The notes under the pieces were generated by a model. That model had not been told where the DNA came from, did no database searches, and saw only the letters and a list, made by a program, of their open reading frames with translations. The translations under genes and the position numbers were made by a program. This document shows, one piece after another, positions 1 to 9,218 of a stretch of 20,000 bases of DNA (its first letter is position 1; every line of letters starts with the position of its first letter). This stretch comes from an uncultured virus (IMG/VR IMGVR_UViG_3300042287_000536) (lineage: Duplodnaviria > Heunggongvirae > Uroviricota > Caudoviricetes). The DNA is taken from IMG/VR virus record IMGVR_UViG_3300042287_000536. The stretch is one strand, 5' to 3'.

Positions 1-894
1 TGCAAAGTTAGGAGTATTTACAATACTTTTAGCATAATTTCTTGCAACTTTTAATCTTTGTTCAACTAAATTTAATTTAGCTGTAACAGGTTCATCATTC
101 ATTAATAAGTTTTCAAGTATTCTTTGCTTAACTGCATACTCATAATACTCATTAATTTCTGGATGATCTGGCACTAGTAAGTTACCATTATCATCTTCTA
201 ATTGTCCTTGATAAGTAATATATACTTTACCATTTTCAAAATTAGTAAATAAGAAACCATCTCTGATCCAAGCTTCTTCTGCAGATCTAGCATATAAATT
301 AGGACAATCACAATCAATACTTTGAGCATTGTTAATCATTCTTAATGGCCATAATCTTTTATAAGTTCTTTCTTGAGATTTAACTACTTGAACAAGTTCA
401 TAAGTATCACCTTTACAATTTATTTGTATTTTAGGTTTAACACAGTATTGAGTCTCAGGAGGATTAACACATGCAGCAGGACTTGATGCACAATTACATC
501 CACCACAAGCAGTTCCACAAGTTTGACAATTAACTGATCCATCAGTACAAGGACTAATTATATCAGGTGTTTGTCTATATGTTGGAGTAAGTCTAACTTC
601 CTCAATATGAGTACCTTGACTAACTGGTTCATGTATAGTAACTTCATCACAAATTAATGCATAGTTTAATACAAAAAAATCATCTGGTAATTTTACTCTA
701 TTCTTTTTAACATCAAGCATGACTTCTTTAGTCATCATGATTCTTAAACCTAAATCATAAGTAACTCTCTTAGCAACCTTGATAAGTTGTTGAGGTTCAA
801 TCATGTTCTGTAAAGACAAGTTTTGAAAATCAACTTGAACATCATCAAGTAGTTGATCAAAGGTTCTATATTTTATAGTATAATTATATGACAT
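1..894 (-). CDS. Tail tubular/ring protein (crAss-like Ttub/R1 type), 3'-truncated at the window edge; absent from the ORF track
   Basis: Read by hand: ATG at 894-892, open for 298 codons to position 1 (MSYNYTIKYRTFDQLLDDV...VKLPDDF...WIRDGFLFTNFENGKVYITYQGQLEDDNGNLLVPDHPEINEYYEYAVK...). The LPxDF and TNFExGxVxIxY...DxxG...PD motifs and the position after an IHF-like and a ring gene resemble crAss-like ring proteins. Confidence 0.7.
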   Translation of the reverse strand, partial: MSYNYTIKYRTFDQLLDDVQVDFQNLSLQNMIEPQQLIKVAKRVTYDLGLRIMMTKEVMLDVKKNRVKLPDDFFVLNYALICDEVTIHEPVSQGTHIEEVRLTPTYRQTPDIISPCTDGSVNCQTCGTACGGCNCASSPAACVNPPETQYCVKPKIQINCKGDTYELVQVVKSQERTYKRLWPLRMINNAQSIDCDCPNLYARSAEEAWIRDGFLFTNFENGKVYITYQGQLEDDNGNLLVPDHPEINEYYEYAVKQRILENLLMNDEPVTAKLNLVEQRLKVARNYAKSIVNTPNFA

Positions 895-899
895 GACTT

Positions 900-1571
900 T
901 TAGGTTCTAAGTGGATTTTGATTATCATCATTATTTTCAATAGGTACTTGCATTAGCATTCCTAAATCTTTCATTACAAATTGTTCTATTTCAGAAAATA
1001 AGTATTCTGGTATATGAGTATCACTATCTTGTCTTGGCATACAAACATCACCATCACATAAATACATCTGAATACTCTCAGCCCATAATCCTTCAATAGA
1101 AACAGCTTCCCAAACTATATTAGGAAAATATAAGTAACCACCTAAATACCAATAGTATGAATTTTTATTGTATTTATAAGATGGTAAGTTAGCCATATTT
1201 GTATAAGTACTTGGGTAAGTTTTATAACACTGAATAGATCCATCAATAGAACTGATAGTTCTGAATAAGGGCCCATAAGCTCCTTCTAATACTGTTGGCA
1301 ATTTATCTTTAGTTCTCATGATAGTACAGTTAGTCTTGATACCACCACAGCAAGCTTCAATCTTATCTATCTCAATAAGTTCAACACAAGGAAGTTTTTC
1401 AAATAAACTTTGAAACCTCATAATCTTGTTTTCATTATCTTGTCTTCTAATCAAAGACTTTGCATACTTTAATACTAAAGAATATAGAAACCTGTCTGTA
1501 AGAAAGGCATCTTCTTTGACACCCTTTACAATGTTTCTTAATCTTGATACTGTATCCCCAATTGTAGTCAT
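900..1571 (-). CDS. Putative tail ring protein (crAss-like R2 type)
   Basis: 223-aa ORF with an N-terminal helical pair, a CVELIEID...C...RTKDKLP beta region, a YWYLGGYLYF motif and a C-terminal IPEYL helix. It lies between the IHF-like gene and the Ttub-like gene. Confidence 0.55.
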   Translation of the reverse strand: MTTIGDTVSRLRNIVKGVKEDAFLTDRFLYSLVLKYAKSLIRRQDNENKIMRFQSLFEKLPCVELIEIDKIEACCGGIKTNCTIMRTKDKLPTVLEGAYGPLFRTISSIDGSIQCYKTYPSTYTNMANLPSYKYNKNSYYWYLGGYLYFPNIVWEAVSIEGLWAESIQMYLCDGDVCMPRQDSDTHIPEYLFSEIEQFVMKDLGMLMQVPIENNDDNQNPLRT

Positions 1572-1577
1572 GTTGTA

Positions 1578-2168
1578 TTAATTTAAATCAAATTCATTAT
1601 ATAAAGAATCAACCACATAATTTTCAGCTATGTTTTTGAACCAATCATTTTTAAGAGCATTTCTTAAATACTTAGTTATATGTTTACCATTCTCAACTTG
1701 AATAAAAATCTTCCACTTTTCAGGATAAACTTTTGCTACTCCTCTTTTAAATTCTCTTACTCCAGTGAAAGACCACAGATCTCTATGTTTAAACTTATAT
1801 TTTGCAGCATAATTAGTATAGAAGATTTTAGCTAGGAAATTATCTGATTCAAAGTTTCTATGTCTTAATCTAGTATCATTTTTTATAGAACCACCAAAAT
1901 CAGTATTATACTTCTTTGGGCTAAAACAAGTACCAATAAATAAGAAACCTAAACTTTCAGGTAACTCAACACCATCTCTATTATTTATAGCATGATTCCA
2001 TAATTTAGAATGAAAAGAATTAAGAATTTTTCTTACATCAGCTATGTCCAAGTTTTTATATTGAGGATGTTTTTCTACAAACTCAGCTACAAACTTTTTA
2101 TTCAGCACTGTATGAACCTTTTCTCTACATCTTGGTGCATTAAGATCAGGCTTCTTGAATTCTTTCAT
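1578..2168 (-). CDS. Divergent IHF/HU-like DNA-binding protein of the crAss-like structural module
   Basis: Basic ORF with a helix-helix-GVELPESLGFLFIG beta pattern resembling the HU/IHF fold, next to ring genes as in crAss-like phages. The start may be 2168 or 2174. Confidence 0.55.
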   Translation of the reverse strand: MKEFKKPDLNAPRCREKVHTVLNKKFVAEFVEKHPQYKNLDIADVRKILNSFHSKLWNHAINNRDGVELPESLGFLFIGTCFSPKKYNTDFGGSIKNDTRLRHRNFESDNFLAKIFYTNYAAKYKFKHRDLWSFTGVREFKRGVAKVYPEKWKIFIQVENGKHITKYLRNALKNDWFKNIAENYVVDSLYNEFDLN

Positions 2169-2182
2169 AATCATATCACCTA

Positions 2183-2212
2183 TAAATATACAAAATATTT
2201 TTCAAATTTTAA
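2183..2212 (-). promoter_or_regulatory. Candidate Bacteroidota-type promoter
   Basis: Minus-strand TATATTTA (2183-2190) is 7/8 to TAnnTTTG and lies just downstream of a terminator and upstream of the IHF-like gene. The -33 element is weak. Confidence 0.4.
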
Positions 2213-2252
2213 AGATAAACTTTTATTATCTGTTATGCAACTACTATATAGT

Positions 2253-2283
2253 AAAAACCCCCAGTATATATTTAACTGGGGGC
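2253..2283 (-). terminator. Rho-independent terminator
   Basis: Minus strand CCCCCAGT-TAAATATAT-ACTGGGGG-TTTTT: an 8-bp GC-rich stem plus U tract, downstream of the 231-aa gene. Confidence 0.85.
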
Positions 2284-2294
2284 TCACTTGTTAG

Positions 2295-2321
2295 ATCACG
2301 TTTAAACCAACAAACCGTGAT
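2295..2321 (-). other. 3'-UTR hairpin with a GUUGGUUU loop (candidate sRNA seed)
   Basis: Minus strand ATCAC-G-GTTT-GTTGGTTT-AAAC-GTGAT, located between the stop at 2334 and the terminator. Confidence 0.5.
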
Positions 2322-2333
2322 ATTACAATATTT

Positions 2334-3029
2334 TTAGCAAGAACCTATATCAGTAATAGTAAGAACAAGATTATTGACAGCATAAGTTAATGAATCTTTT
2401 ACCATACATATATCTAATGGAAGATCTGTATCTGTTATAGGTAAAACAGTAAATTCTCTTGTTGTACAATTTATATAATATAATGTACCTACAGGCATCA
2501 TTCCTGTATTTATACCTGTAATTCTATAAGTATTACAAGTATAACAACAAAGATTTGTAGGTGTAACATCATAGTCAGTTACAATACCTGCTGGCATGTT
2601 AGATATACCACATAAGTTAATAACTTGGCCGGCTACTAGTTGTGTAGCTGGTCTTACTGTTCCATTACAGTTTAAACCTAAATCAGCAGAAGATAAATCA
2701 GCAACTAAGTCTGTTGTATTAGTTAATCTATAACCAGTACAAGTTGGTGTTGGTGTATAAGTAACTTCAAAAGGAACTCTATCAACAAGACTACCTTCTA
2801 CATTACATGTAGCTTGAATGTATCCTTCAAAAATTATAGGATCACAACTTTCTGGATCAACCATTACTGAAACAATTGTTGAACACATGTTTCCTCCACC
2901 TACACATGTAACTATGTTAGTACAAGCATAAGTACCTGGAGTTATTAAATTTTGAACTCTCCAACACACTCTGTGTTGACCTGCATAATTTGCTATAAAT
3001 TCTACATTTATTGTTGCTGGTGTTAACAT
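2334..3029 (-). CDS. Cys/Thr-rich beta-structured virion protein (fibre or appendage candidate)
   Basis: 231-aa ORF. Its C-terminal CxxYxI...YINC...IC modules resemble the C-terminal modules of the 1062-aa protein. Confidence 0.5.
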   Translation of the reverse strand: MLTPATINVEFIANYAGQHRVCWRVQNLITPGTYACTNIVTCVGGGNMCSTIVSVMVDPESCDPIIFEGYIQATCNVEGSLVDRVPFEVTYTPTPTCTGYRLTNTTDLVADLSSADLGLNCNGTVRPATQLVAGQVINLCGISNMPAGIVTDYDVTPTNLCCYTCNTYRITGINTGMMPVGTLYYINCTTREFTVLPITDTDLPLDICMVKDSLTYAVNNLVLTITDIGSC

Positions 3030-3040
3030 ATTTTTTTATT

Positions 3041-4255
3041 TTAAGTTAGTGAACAAGGTACATAGCATAAACATCCGCTCTGTGCAGCTGTTAAAAAAGT
3101 AATATAAGTATCTACACTAGATATAACAGTAGCTTCTGGGCGGCATTGAACTACAAAACCTTTATTTAAGAATGCTATTAATATAGCAGATTTATTGGCT
3201 TCTGTTAAAATTGCTGGTAAATTATCTAAAAAGTTAGAAACTATACACATATCAGTTAAGCCTGTAAAAGTAGATTCTTCTACAACACCAGCTGTATTTA
3301 ATATAGTAGTTATTTGAGTAGGAAACTGATCTTTAACTTGTTGCATACACTCATTAAAGTTAGTACCACAACAATTAGTTATAGGTGGTACAGCAGCAAA
3401 AGCAGCAGCTAATGTAAGAACTAAAGGATCAGGAGTTGTACTCATAGCAATAATACTAGCATCAACTTCTATACAACATGGAGGTGTACAAGTTGAACTG
3501 TATACTGAAGTATAATATAAAGCATAAGTTGAAGCAGATGCTAAAACATATCTATTTGTTGTTGTACAATCTGGACAACAGAAATTACAGTTAGTTAAAA
3601 ACTCACCATTATCTAAAGCAGTTTCAATTATAGTTATAATACCAGCTGATGTAGGAGGACTAAGTGCTTCAATATTAATGTTTATTTTATCAAAAAAGTT
3701 TGTTAAAGGATTAACACATATATCTGCTTTTGTTGTAAAAGAAAAAGTAGGACAAACATTAGTTGTAGCCCCTGCTGCATTCTTTGAAACAATCTTCCAG
3801 TAGTAAGTAGTATTTGGTAATAAAGGATAAAGAGGAGTATAAGTAGTTAAGATTTGACCTAATGAAACTAAAGGCATTGATATGCTACTAGTTCCAAAGT
3901 AAACATCATAAGATGTTGCACCGGCTACCATGTTCCAAGTTAAAGTTTGATCATAAGCAATATTTGTAGCAGCATTTGCTGGTACAGCTAAGCTTGGACA
4001 TTCAAGACATAAAAATGGAGTAAGTTGTAAAGCTAAGCTTTCAATAACTTCTTCTACAGTCAGACCACTTTCAATATTCATACATGCAATCTCAGCTCCA
4101 GTATAATATACACATTTGCTATCAAATGTTTCATTACATGGACTTGGGTCAGGACATGATGGTAAATCAGCAGGACAATAATTTGGGGTTGTTAGACCTT
4201 GTGGAATACATCCGCAATCTCCATCACAACTATTTGTACAACTTGTGCAGCTCAT
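3041..4255 (-). CDS. Cys-rich tail fibre-like protein with a fibronectin type III-like domain
   Basis: Likely start is MSCTSC at 4255 (A-rich leader, no overlap with the upstream gene) rather than 4297. FN3-like signature LTWNMVAGATSYDVYFGT...LLPNTTYYWKIVSKN...FSFTT. The N-terminal SKCVYYTGAEIAC motif is shared with the adjacent gene. Confidence 0.6.
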   Translation of the reverse strand: MSCTSCTNSCDGDCGCIPQGLTTPNYCPADLPSCPDPSPCNETFDSKCVYYTGAEIACMNIESGLTVEEVIESLALQLTPFLCLECPSLAVPANAATNIAYDQTLTWNMVAGATSYDVYFGTSSISMPLVSLGQILTTYTPLYPLLPNTTYYWKIVSKNAAGATTNVCPTFSFTTKADICVNPLTNFFDKININIEALSPPTSAGIITIIETALDNGEFLTNCNFCCPDCTTTNRYVLASASTYALYYTSVYSSTCTPPCCIEVDASIIAMSTTPDPLVLTLAAAFAAVPPITNCCGTNFNECMQQVKDQFPTQITTILNTAGVVEESTFTGLTDMCIVSNFLDNLPAILTEANKSAILIAFLNKGFVVQCRPEATVISSVDTYITFLTAAQSGCLCYVPCSLT

Positions 4256-4266
4256 ATTTTTATTTT

Positions 4267-5754
4267 TTAAAGGGTTGTTTCTACTGTAAATGCACATGTA
4301 GTTATTACATTTGCTATATCTATTGTAACTCTAAGTTTGTATGTTGTTGCTGTAGTCAATCCTACAAATGAACCAGTATAAGTATTTACACCAACTGATA
4401 TAAAGGATTGACTTGAAATAATAGCTACACCAAAAGCATCCCATATTTCAACTGTATAAGTTTGAGTATTTGCATCACTAATAAATGAGAATGCTATATT
4501 AGTTGCTGCTGGTGTATAAGTTACTACAGGACAAGATCCTTGATTTACAATAGTATAAGATAATACAGATTGACATTGAGAACCACTTGCTGTATTAGTA
4601 AAGTTAGGTTGAGCAAGAATAGATAAATTTGTTAATCCATTTAATAAAGTATTACCTAAAGTAATATTAAAGCCACCTTGTGTATTAATAATACTAAGTA
4701 TATCAATGTTAGTTGTTGTTGATGCATTATTAGTATCTGTAATTGTAAAGGGAGTTCCTGCATTATAAGTATTTACAAAGCCCATTGGTATAGTTCCATT
4801 AACATATACAGTGACTGAGTTTGATCCTGAATCATAAGTTCCAAACATAGTTAAACCTATACTTGAACATACACTAGGGATATAATTATTTACAATGTTT
4901 TGTACTGCTAATCTCATATCAGAAAGAGTAACCCATATATTACTAATAGTGTCAGATTCATTTTGAACTGTACTAACAAATCCAGGCAAAGCACTCATTA
5001 CTGTTAAAGGATTAGCTAATGAAGGTGAATTTGCTAAACCTGCAGGTTGTTGACCTAAGCTAGTAAATATTTGATTAGGTGTTCCTGTAGCAGTTCTTAA
5101 TTGACAAAATTGTTGTTCTAAAGAAGCTAATACTAAAGTTATAGTTGTACTAACTTGAGGTAATACACATACTGGAGTTATAGTAGGTATTACAAATACT
5201 GGAGCTGGAGCAAGTTCTAATGCTGTAATTCTAGTATTGTATTGTATTAAAGTACCTTGAATAGCTGTGATAGTTGTTACCAAACTGTTTACTTTATTAC
5301 CAATAGCTATTACATAATCAGTAAGAGGCATCATAGTAACTAAGTCACCAAATTGATTAGTATAATAAAATACTGGTGCAATAGGAACTATAGTGTCCCC
5401 TGGTAGACTGTAAGATGTTAAGGCAGCTCCTACAACTGGTGTAGTAGCACAAGGATAACAATCATCCTTACAATCTGAACAATTTTGTATAAAACAAATT
5501 TTGTTTATTACTAATTGCATTAAAGCTTTAAAGTCTGCAGGATTACAAGGGCCTGAACCAAAACAACCAAGATCATAATTATCTAAGTTAAATGTATCCA
5601 TTACAGTACAAAGTTCAGTAGCCATTTTATAAACTACATCTGTAATTGAGTCTCCTTTACAAAGAGAAATACATGCAATGTCTGGACCTTGCCATACAAC
5701 ACAATTTGATGATGTATTAGTACATCCTGATTTATCTAGATTTAAAGGTTTCAT
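4267..5754 (-). CDS. Tail fibre-like protein: Cys-rich N-terminus, coiled-coil segment, C-terminal FN3-like domain
   Basis: 495 aa. N-terminal SNCVVWQGPDIAC, a heptad-like stretch VNSLVTTITAIQGTLIQYNTRITALE, and C-terminal YTVEIWD...FVGLTTATTYKLRV. Confidence 0.6.
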   Translation of the reverse strand: MKPLNLDKSGCTNTSSNCVVWQGPDIACISLCKGDSITDVVYKMATELCTVMDTFNLDNYDLGCFGSGPCNPADFKALMQLVINKICFIQNCSDCKDDCYPCATTPVVGAALTSYSLPGDTIVPIAPVFYYTNQFGDLVTMMPLTDYVIAIGNKVNSLVTTITAIQGTLIQYNTRITALELAPAPVFVIPTITPVCVLPQVSTTITLVLASLEQQFCQLRTATGTPNQIFTSLGQQPAGLANSPSLANPLTVMSALPGFVSTVQNESDTISNIWVTLSDMRLAVQNIVNNYIPSVCSSIGLTMFGTYDSGSNSVTVYVNGTIPMGFVNTYNAGTPFTITDTNNASTTTNIDILSIINTQGGFNITLGNTLLNGLTNLSILAQPNFTNTASGSQCQSVLSYTIVNQGSCPVVTYTPAATNIAFSFISDANTQTYTVEIWDAFGVAIISSQSFISVGVNTYTGSFVGLTTATTYKLRVTIDIANVITTCAFTVETTL

Positions 5755-5769
5755 ATTGTTATTTTATAG

Positions 5770-5801
5770 TTAATATACATAAATTATTTCTTATTTGCAA
5801 T
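5770..5801 (-). promoter_or_regulatory. Candidate Bacteroidota-type promoter
   Basis: Minus strand ATTG-N20-TATATTAA, compared with the consensus TTTG-N19-21-TAnnTTTG. Confidence 0.4.
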
Positions 5802-5804
5802 CTT

Positions 5805-8800
5805 TTAAGGTAAACATTCACAACTGCTGCTAAATGTATAATAAATTGGAAAAGGAGCAACACTAGTAGCCCAAGGTGTACCAATTGCACATACAGTTAC
5901 AAAATCTGTAACAGTTACATTAATTATATCTCCATTACAATTTTTATAAGCAATGTCAAATGTTCCAGAACCTCCTATTAATTCAATATTTACACATCTA
6001 CAAGCAACATTACTTATACATGGTATATCAGCACAGTTTCCTACAAGAGCAACATCTATATTTAAGTTACTTACAATAGGCATTGTTCTAGAGCAAAGAA
6101 GGTACAAAGTTCTATTACGAATTGGACTAATTCTAATTGCATTTCCATAACAGTCAATTGATGTTGAATATGTTCCTGTTGCTGCTTGATTATTATATAA
6201 TGAATAACAATAACAAGGTGTAGGTAATGGTGGTGGAGGAAATGGAGGATCACAAGTTTCATCACCACAAGTTCCAGTAGCAGAAATTACTAAAGGCTCT
6301 ACATCATAATTAACAGGAGGAAATAAAGCACAGAATTGTACTGCATCTGTTATAGTACTTGTTTGTAATTTACAACAACAATCTATATAAACAATAGTAA
6401 TTGGAGATATTGGTGCAGCTACTGAATAACAGTTACAGTCAACAGGAGTTACTTCAACAACTATTTCTCCACTAACAAATACAGGAGCTCCACAAAGCGA
6501 GTCTATATAAGATGAAGTAATGATTGGTGGATAACAAGTTGCACCTAATATAAATGTAGCACTAACTAAACAAGGTTTTTTACAAGTACATATTGTAGAT
6601 TTACATAAAGCCGGATCTGTTAATAGTTCAAAGTCTAGACCTTGTTTTTTAATAGACCATTGATCAAGATCATTATCACAACATACAGTAACACCATATC
6701 TTTTTATAATCATTTGATTATAAACTTCTAATGCAAAAGTACAGTTTACTCTTTCAATATACTCAGTAGTAAGACATGAGTTAGTACTAAAGTATCCTGG
6801 TTTAATTCTTCTTGAATGTAAAACTAAAGGATCTGGAATTGGTGGTACAGGTAAACAATCTAAACAAGTTTCAAATTCTGTAATAAGTCCATTAAGACAG
6901 ATACTATTATCACAAGTATCAGATAAAGTAACCAACCAACATGTGTCTCCACAGCCTTCAATCTTAATTACTAAATCAAGATATATATCTAAATCATTAC
7001 CACATACAATAAATGGATCAACTATATCTTGACAGTCAGTTAACAAATAACATGTTGGAGGTGGTGGTAAACAAGTAAGACATGTTGCTGTAATAGGACC
7101 TAATGTTACAAGTTCAATAGATCCATCACATGATGTAGCTTCTGATATTGTAAAACATACACAGTCTAGTAATTCAGGTATTATGATTACACCACATGGA
7201 AAAACATCCATACATGGTCCACAGTTATCATAAACATAACCACCAGTTAAGTCAAGAAGACCCATTGATGTTCCAACAGTTGTAAATTTTGTAACTGTCC
7301 AACAATTATTACCTAATATAGGTAAAGTAATTATTTGATCTATATAAGCTTCTAATGTATTTGCTACAATAAGAATATTTAAAGGATCACAACAGTTTGT
7401 AAGATTGTATTGAGATATACCAGGATCTCCAATTATTATATCAATTGGTACTCCTGTGTTAATACCTGTAGGGGTAGGATCAGGTAAGTCACTAGGACAG
7501 ACTTTTATTATTTGACCTAATGATAAACTTAAATCATTACTTACTACAAAAGATATTCCACTGTCTGTACACTCATCTGTTAATAAATAACAAGGAGGTA
7601 CTGAAGCTGCACATGTTGTACAATTAGAAAAAGATTGAATTACTGTTACTTCTAAAGCTCCAGCACAGCTAAGAGATACATCTACTACTAATAAACAACC
7701 TGGTATTTCATTAAGGTTTACAGTTAAACCAATATAATCTGATAAATCTGTACTAACAATATAATTTGCTCCTGACTCACAATCTTCTAATAAATAACAA
7801 CAAGGTAATCCTGGAACTTGTGTAGTTTGTGTACAAACAATACCATCACATGTAGACAATAAATAACCTGGAGGACATGTATAACCACTTGTTTGACCTA
7901 CATCAAAGAAAGATACAGGATTAGGTGGTAATAAATTTTTAGTACTAAATACAATATAAGGTAGTAAATCAAATTGAGTATTAACAGCTAGTATTTCAGT
8001 TGGTGTAGCATTATATATTTCTGCTCCAAATCCTGCAAAAAGACCATCATTATAACCTTCAAGAGTTATTATGTTTGTTCCAGCATTTAAAGTAAGTGGT
8101 ACAATATGCCATACAGTAAATGAAAAAGAAGTACCTGCATCAAATGTAACATTTAATACACCATTAACACTAAATCTCATTCTGTTATCAGCAGCAAGAC
8201 CTATACAATAAGTTTTTGTTTCAGGTACTATCACACAAACACTAAAACCTATCCATTGATTATAAGGAGCCCAACCGCCAGCTGTTGTCCATACAGCAAC
8301 ATCAATTAATCTTTGTTGCCATAAAGGATAAAAACTAGGAAATGGAAACTGATTTGTAGCAGTAAGTATTGTTCCTGCACCATTATTATCATAAAGAGCA
8401 GAACCTACTTGAGCAATAGGAAGAGTTTTTGCTGTTATATCTTCATATATATTAGCACCATAAGTTCCGGCTGATACTGAAACTTCCCCTGGCCCAACTT
8501 GATATATAGTAGGAGTAGCTGTAGCTGCAACAGTTAATATTTGTTGACAAGTTACACCATCAGGTAATAACACATAACCATCTGGACAACCACAACCTGG
8601 TGTACAACTACATGGTGTCATACCAGTAACTTCAATTGTATCAGTGCATAAAAAAATATCTGTATTACCTACTACTGTAAAGCATTCTCCAGGATATTCA
8701 GTTACTGAAATAGTTGATCCAATATAAGTTATTAAATTAGTTATTACATTTACACTTATTGTAGCATCACAATTAGTTAAAGTAAAACAAGAAAAATTGG

Positions 8801-8993
8801 GGGCTAAACATCCTTTACAACCTAATACAGGTAATGCAATAGTAACTATTGGTGAAAGGGGAGAAGGAACCAGTTCTCTACTCCAACATATCCCATTATA
8901 AAATATAATACTAGCACTTGTAGATAAATTAGTATCTGTATACAATATACTTGTAGAAGGAGCACATGCAGTTAATTTATAATAAATGGGCAT
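5805..8993 (-). CDS. Large modular Cys-rich virion protein (repeats plus a PA14/carbohydrate-binding-like beta-sandwich)
   Basis: 1062 aa with about six CYxLxxC...DLxxYIG...CWxV...CxxC modules. An AADNRMRFSVNG...LTLNAGTNIITLEGYN domain is bracketed by CPDGY and CPPGY. Pro-rich linkers separate the modules. Confidence 0.6.
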   Translation of the reverse strand: MPIYYKLTACAPSTSILYTDTNLSTSASIIFYNGICWSRELVPSPLSPIVTIALPVLGCKGCLAPNFSCFTLTNCDATISVNVITNLITYIGSTISVTEYPGECFTVVGNTDIFLCTDTIEVTGMTPCSCTPGCGCPDGYVLLPDGVTCQQILTVAATATPTIYQVGPGEVSVSAGTYGANIYEDITAKTLPIAQVGSALYDNNGAGTILTATNQFPFPSFYPLWQQRLIDVAVWTTAGGWAPYNQWIGFSVCVIVPETKTYCIGLAADNRMRFSVNGVLNVTFDAGTSFSFTVWHIVPLTLNAGTNIITLEGYNDGLFAGFGAEIYNATPTEILAVNTQFDLLPYIVFSTKNLLPPNPVSFFDVGQTSGYTCPPGYLLSTCDGIVCTQTTQVPGLPCCYLLEDCESGANYIVSTDLSDYIGLTVNLNEIPGCLLVVDVSLSCAGALEVTVIQSFSNCTTCAASVPPCYLLTDECTDSGISFVVSNDLSLSLGQIIKVCPSDLPDPTPTGINTGVPIDIIIGDPGISQYNLTNCCDPLNILIVANTLEAYIDQIITLPILGNNCWTVTKFTTVGTSMGLLDLTGGYVYDNCGPCMDVFPCGVIIIPELLDCVCFTISEATSCDGSIELVTLGPITATCLTCLPPPPTCYLLTDCQDIVDPFIVCGNDLDIYLDLVIKIEGCGDTCWLVTLSDTCDNSICLNGLITEFETCLDCLPVPPIPDPLVLHSRRIKPGYFSTNSCLTTEYIERVNCTFALEVYNQMIIKRYGVTVCCDNDLDQWSIKKQGLDFELLTDPALCKSTICTCKKPCLVSATFILGATCYPPIITSSYIDSLCGAPVFVSGEIVVEVTPVDCNCYSVAAPISPITIVYIDCCCKLQTSTITDAVQFCALFPPVNYDVEPLVISATGTCGDETCDPPFPPPPLPTPCYCYSLYNNQAATGTYSTSIDCYGNAIRISPIRNRTLYLLCSRTMPIVSNLNIDVALVGNCADIPCISNVACRCVNIELIGGSGTFDIAYKNCNGDIINVTVTDFVTVCAIGTPWATSVAPFPIYYTFSSSCECLP

Positions 8994-9014
8994 TTGTATA
9001 TGTTTTAGTAGTTA

Positions 9015-9200
9015 CTATGGCTTTTGATATATTATATTTTTATTTGGTATTGCATTAGGTACAGTAGTCCCTGCTAACTTAGCAGCTTTTAATTTAATTT
9101 CATATGCAGCTAAACAAGTGCTGCATGTATTTTTACCATCAGTAGCTACTCTTTTTTGACAGCCACATGATAATTTATTTCCACAATTTAAACAGTTCAT
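9015..9200 (-). CDS. Small Cys-rich protein (CxxC...CGC...CxxC), possibly metal-binding
   Basis: 61 aa (MNCLNCGNKLSCGCQKR...TCSTC), tightly packed in the operon. Confidence 0.7.
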   Translation of the reverse strand: MNCLNCGNKLSCGCQKRVATDGKNTCSTCLAAYEIKLKAAKLAGTTVPNAIPNKNIIYQKP

Positions 9201-9218
9201 AGTTGGTTTATTTTTAGT

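Noticed and set aside
2010..2337. Plus-strand ORFs 2010-2294 and 2155-2337
   Set aside because: They are antisense to the IHF-like gene and run across a terminator, with no protein-like features.
4256..4297. Tracked start at 4297 for the 418-aa ORF
   Set aside because: It overlaps the upstream gene's end; the Met at 4255 has the typical A-rich leader.
4084..6268. ORFs 4084-4371 (+), 5953-6150 (+) and 6071-6268 (-)
   Set aside because: They are shadow or alternate-frame ORFs overlapping long, well-supported genes.
5805..8993. Eukaryotic or giant-virus origin suggested by the Cys-rich, EGF-like content
   Set aside because: The operon packing, intrinsic terminators, lipobox protein and crAss-like gene order all indicate a bacteriophage.
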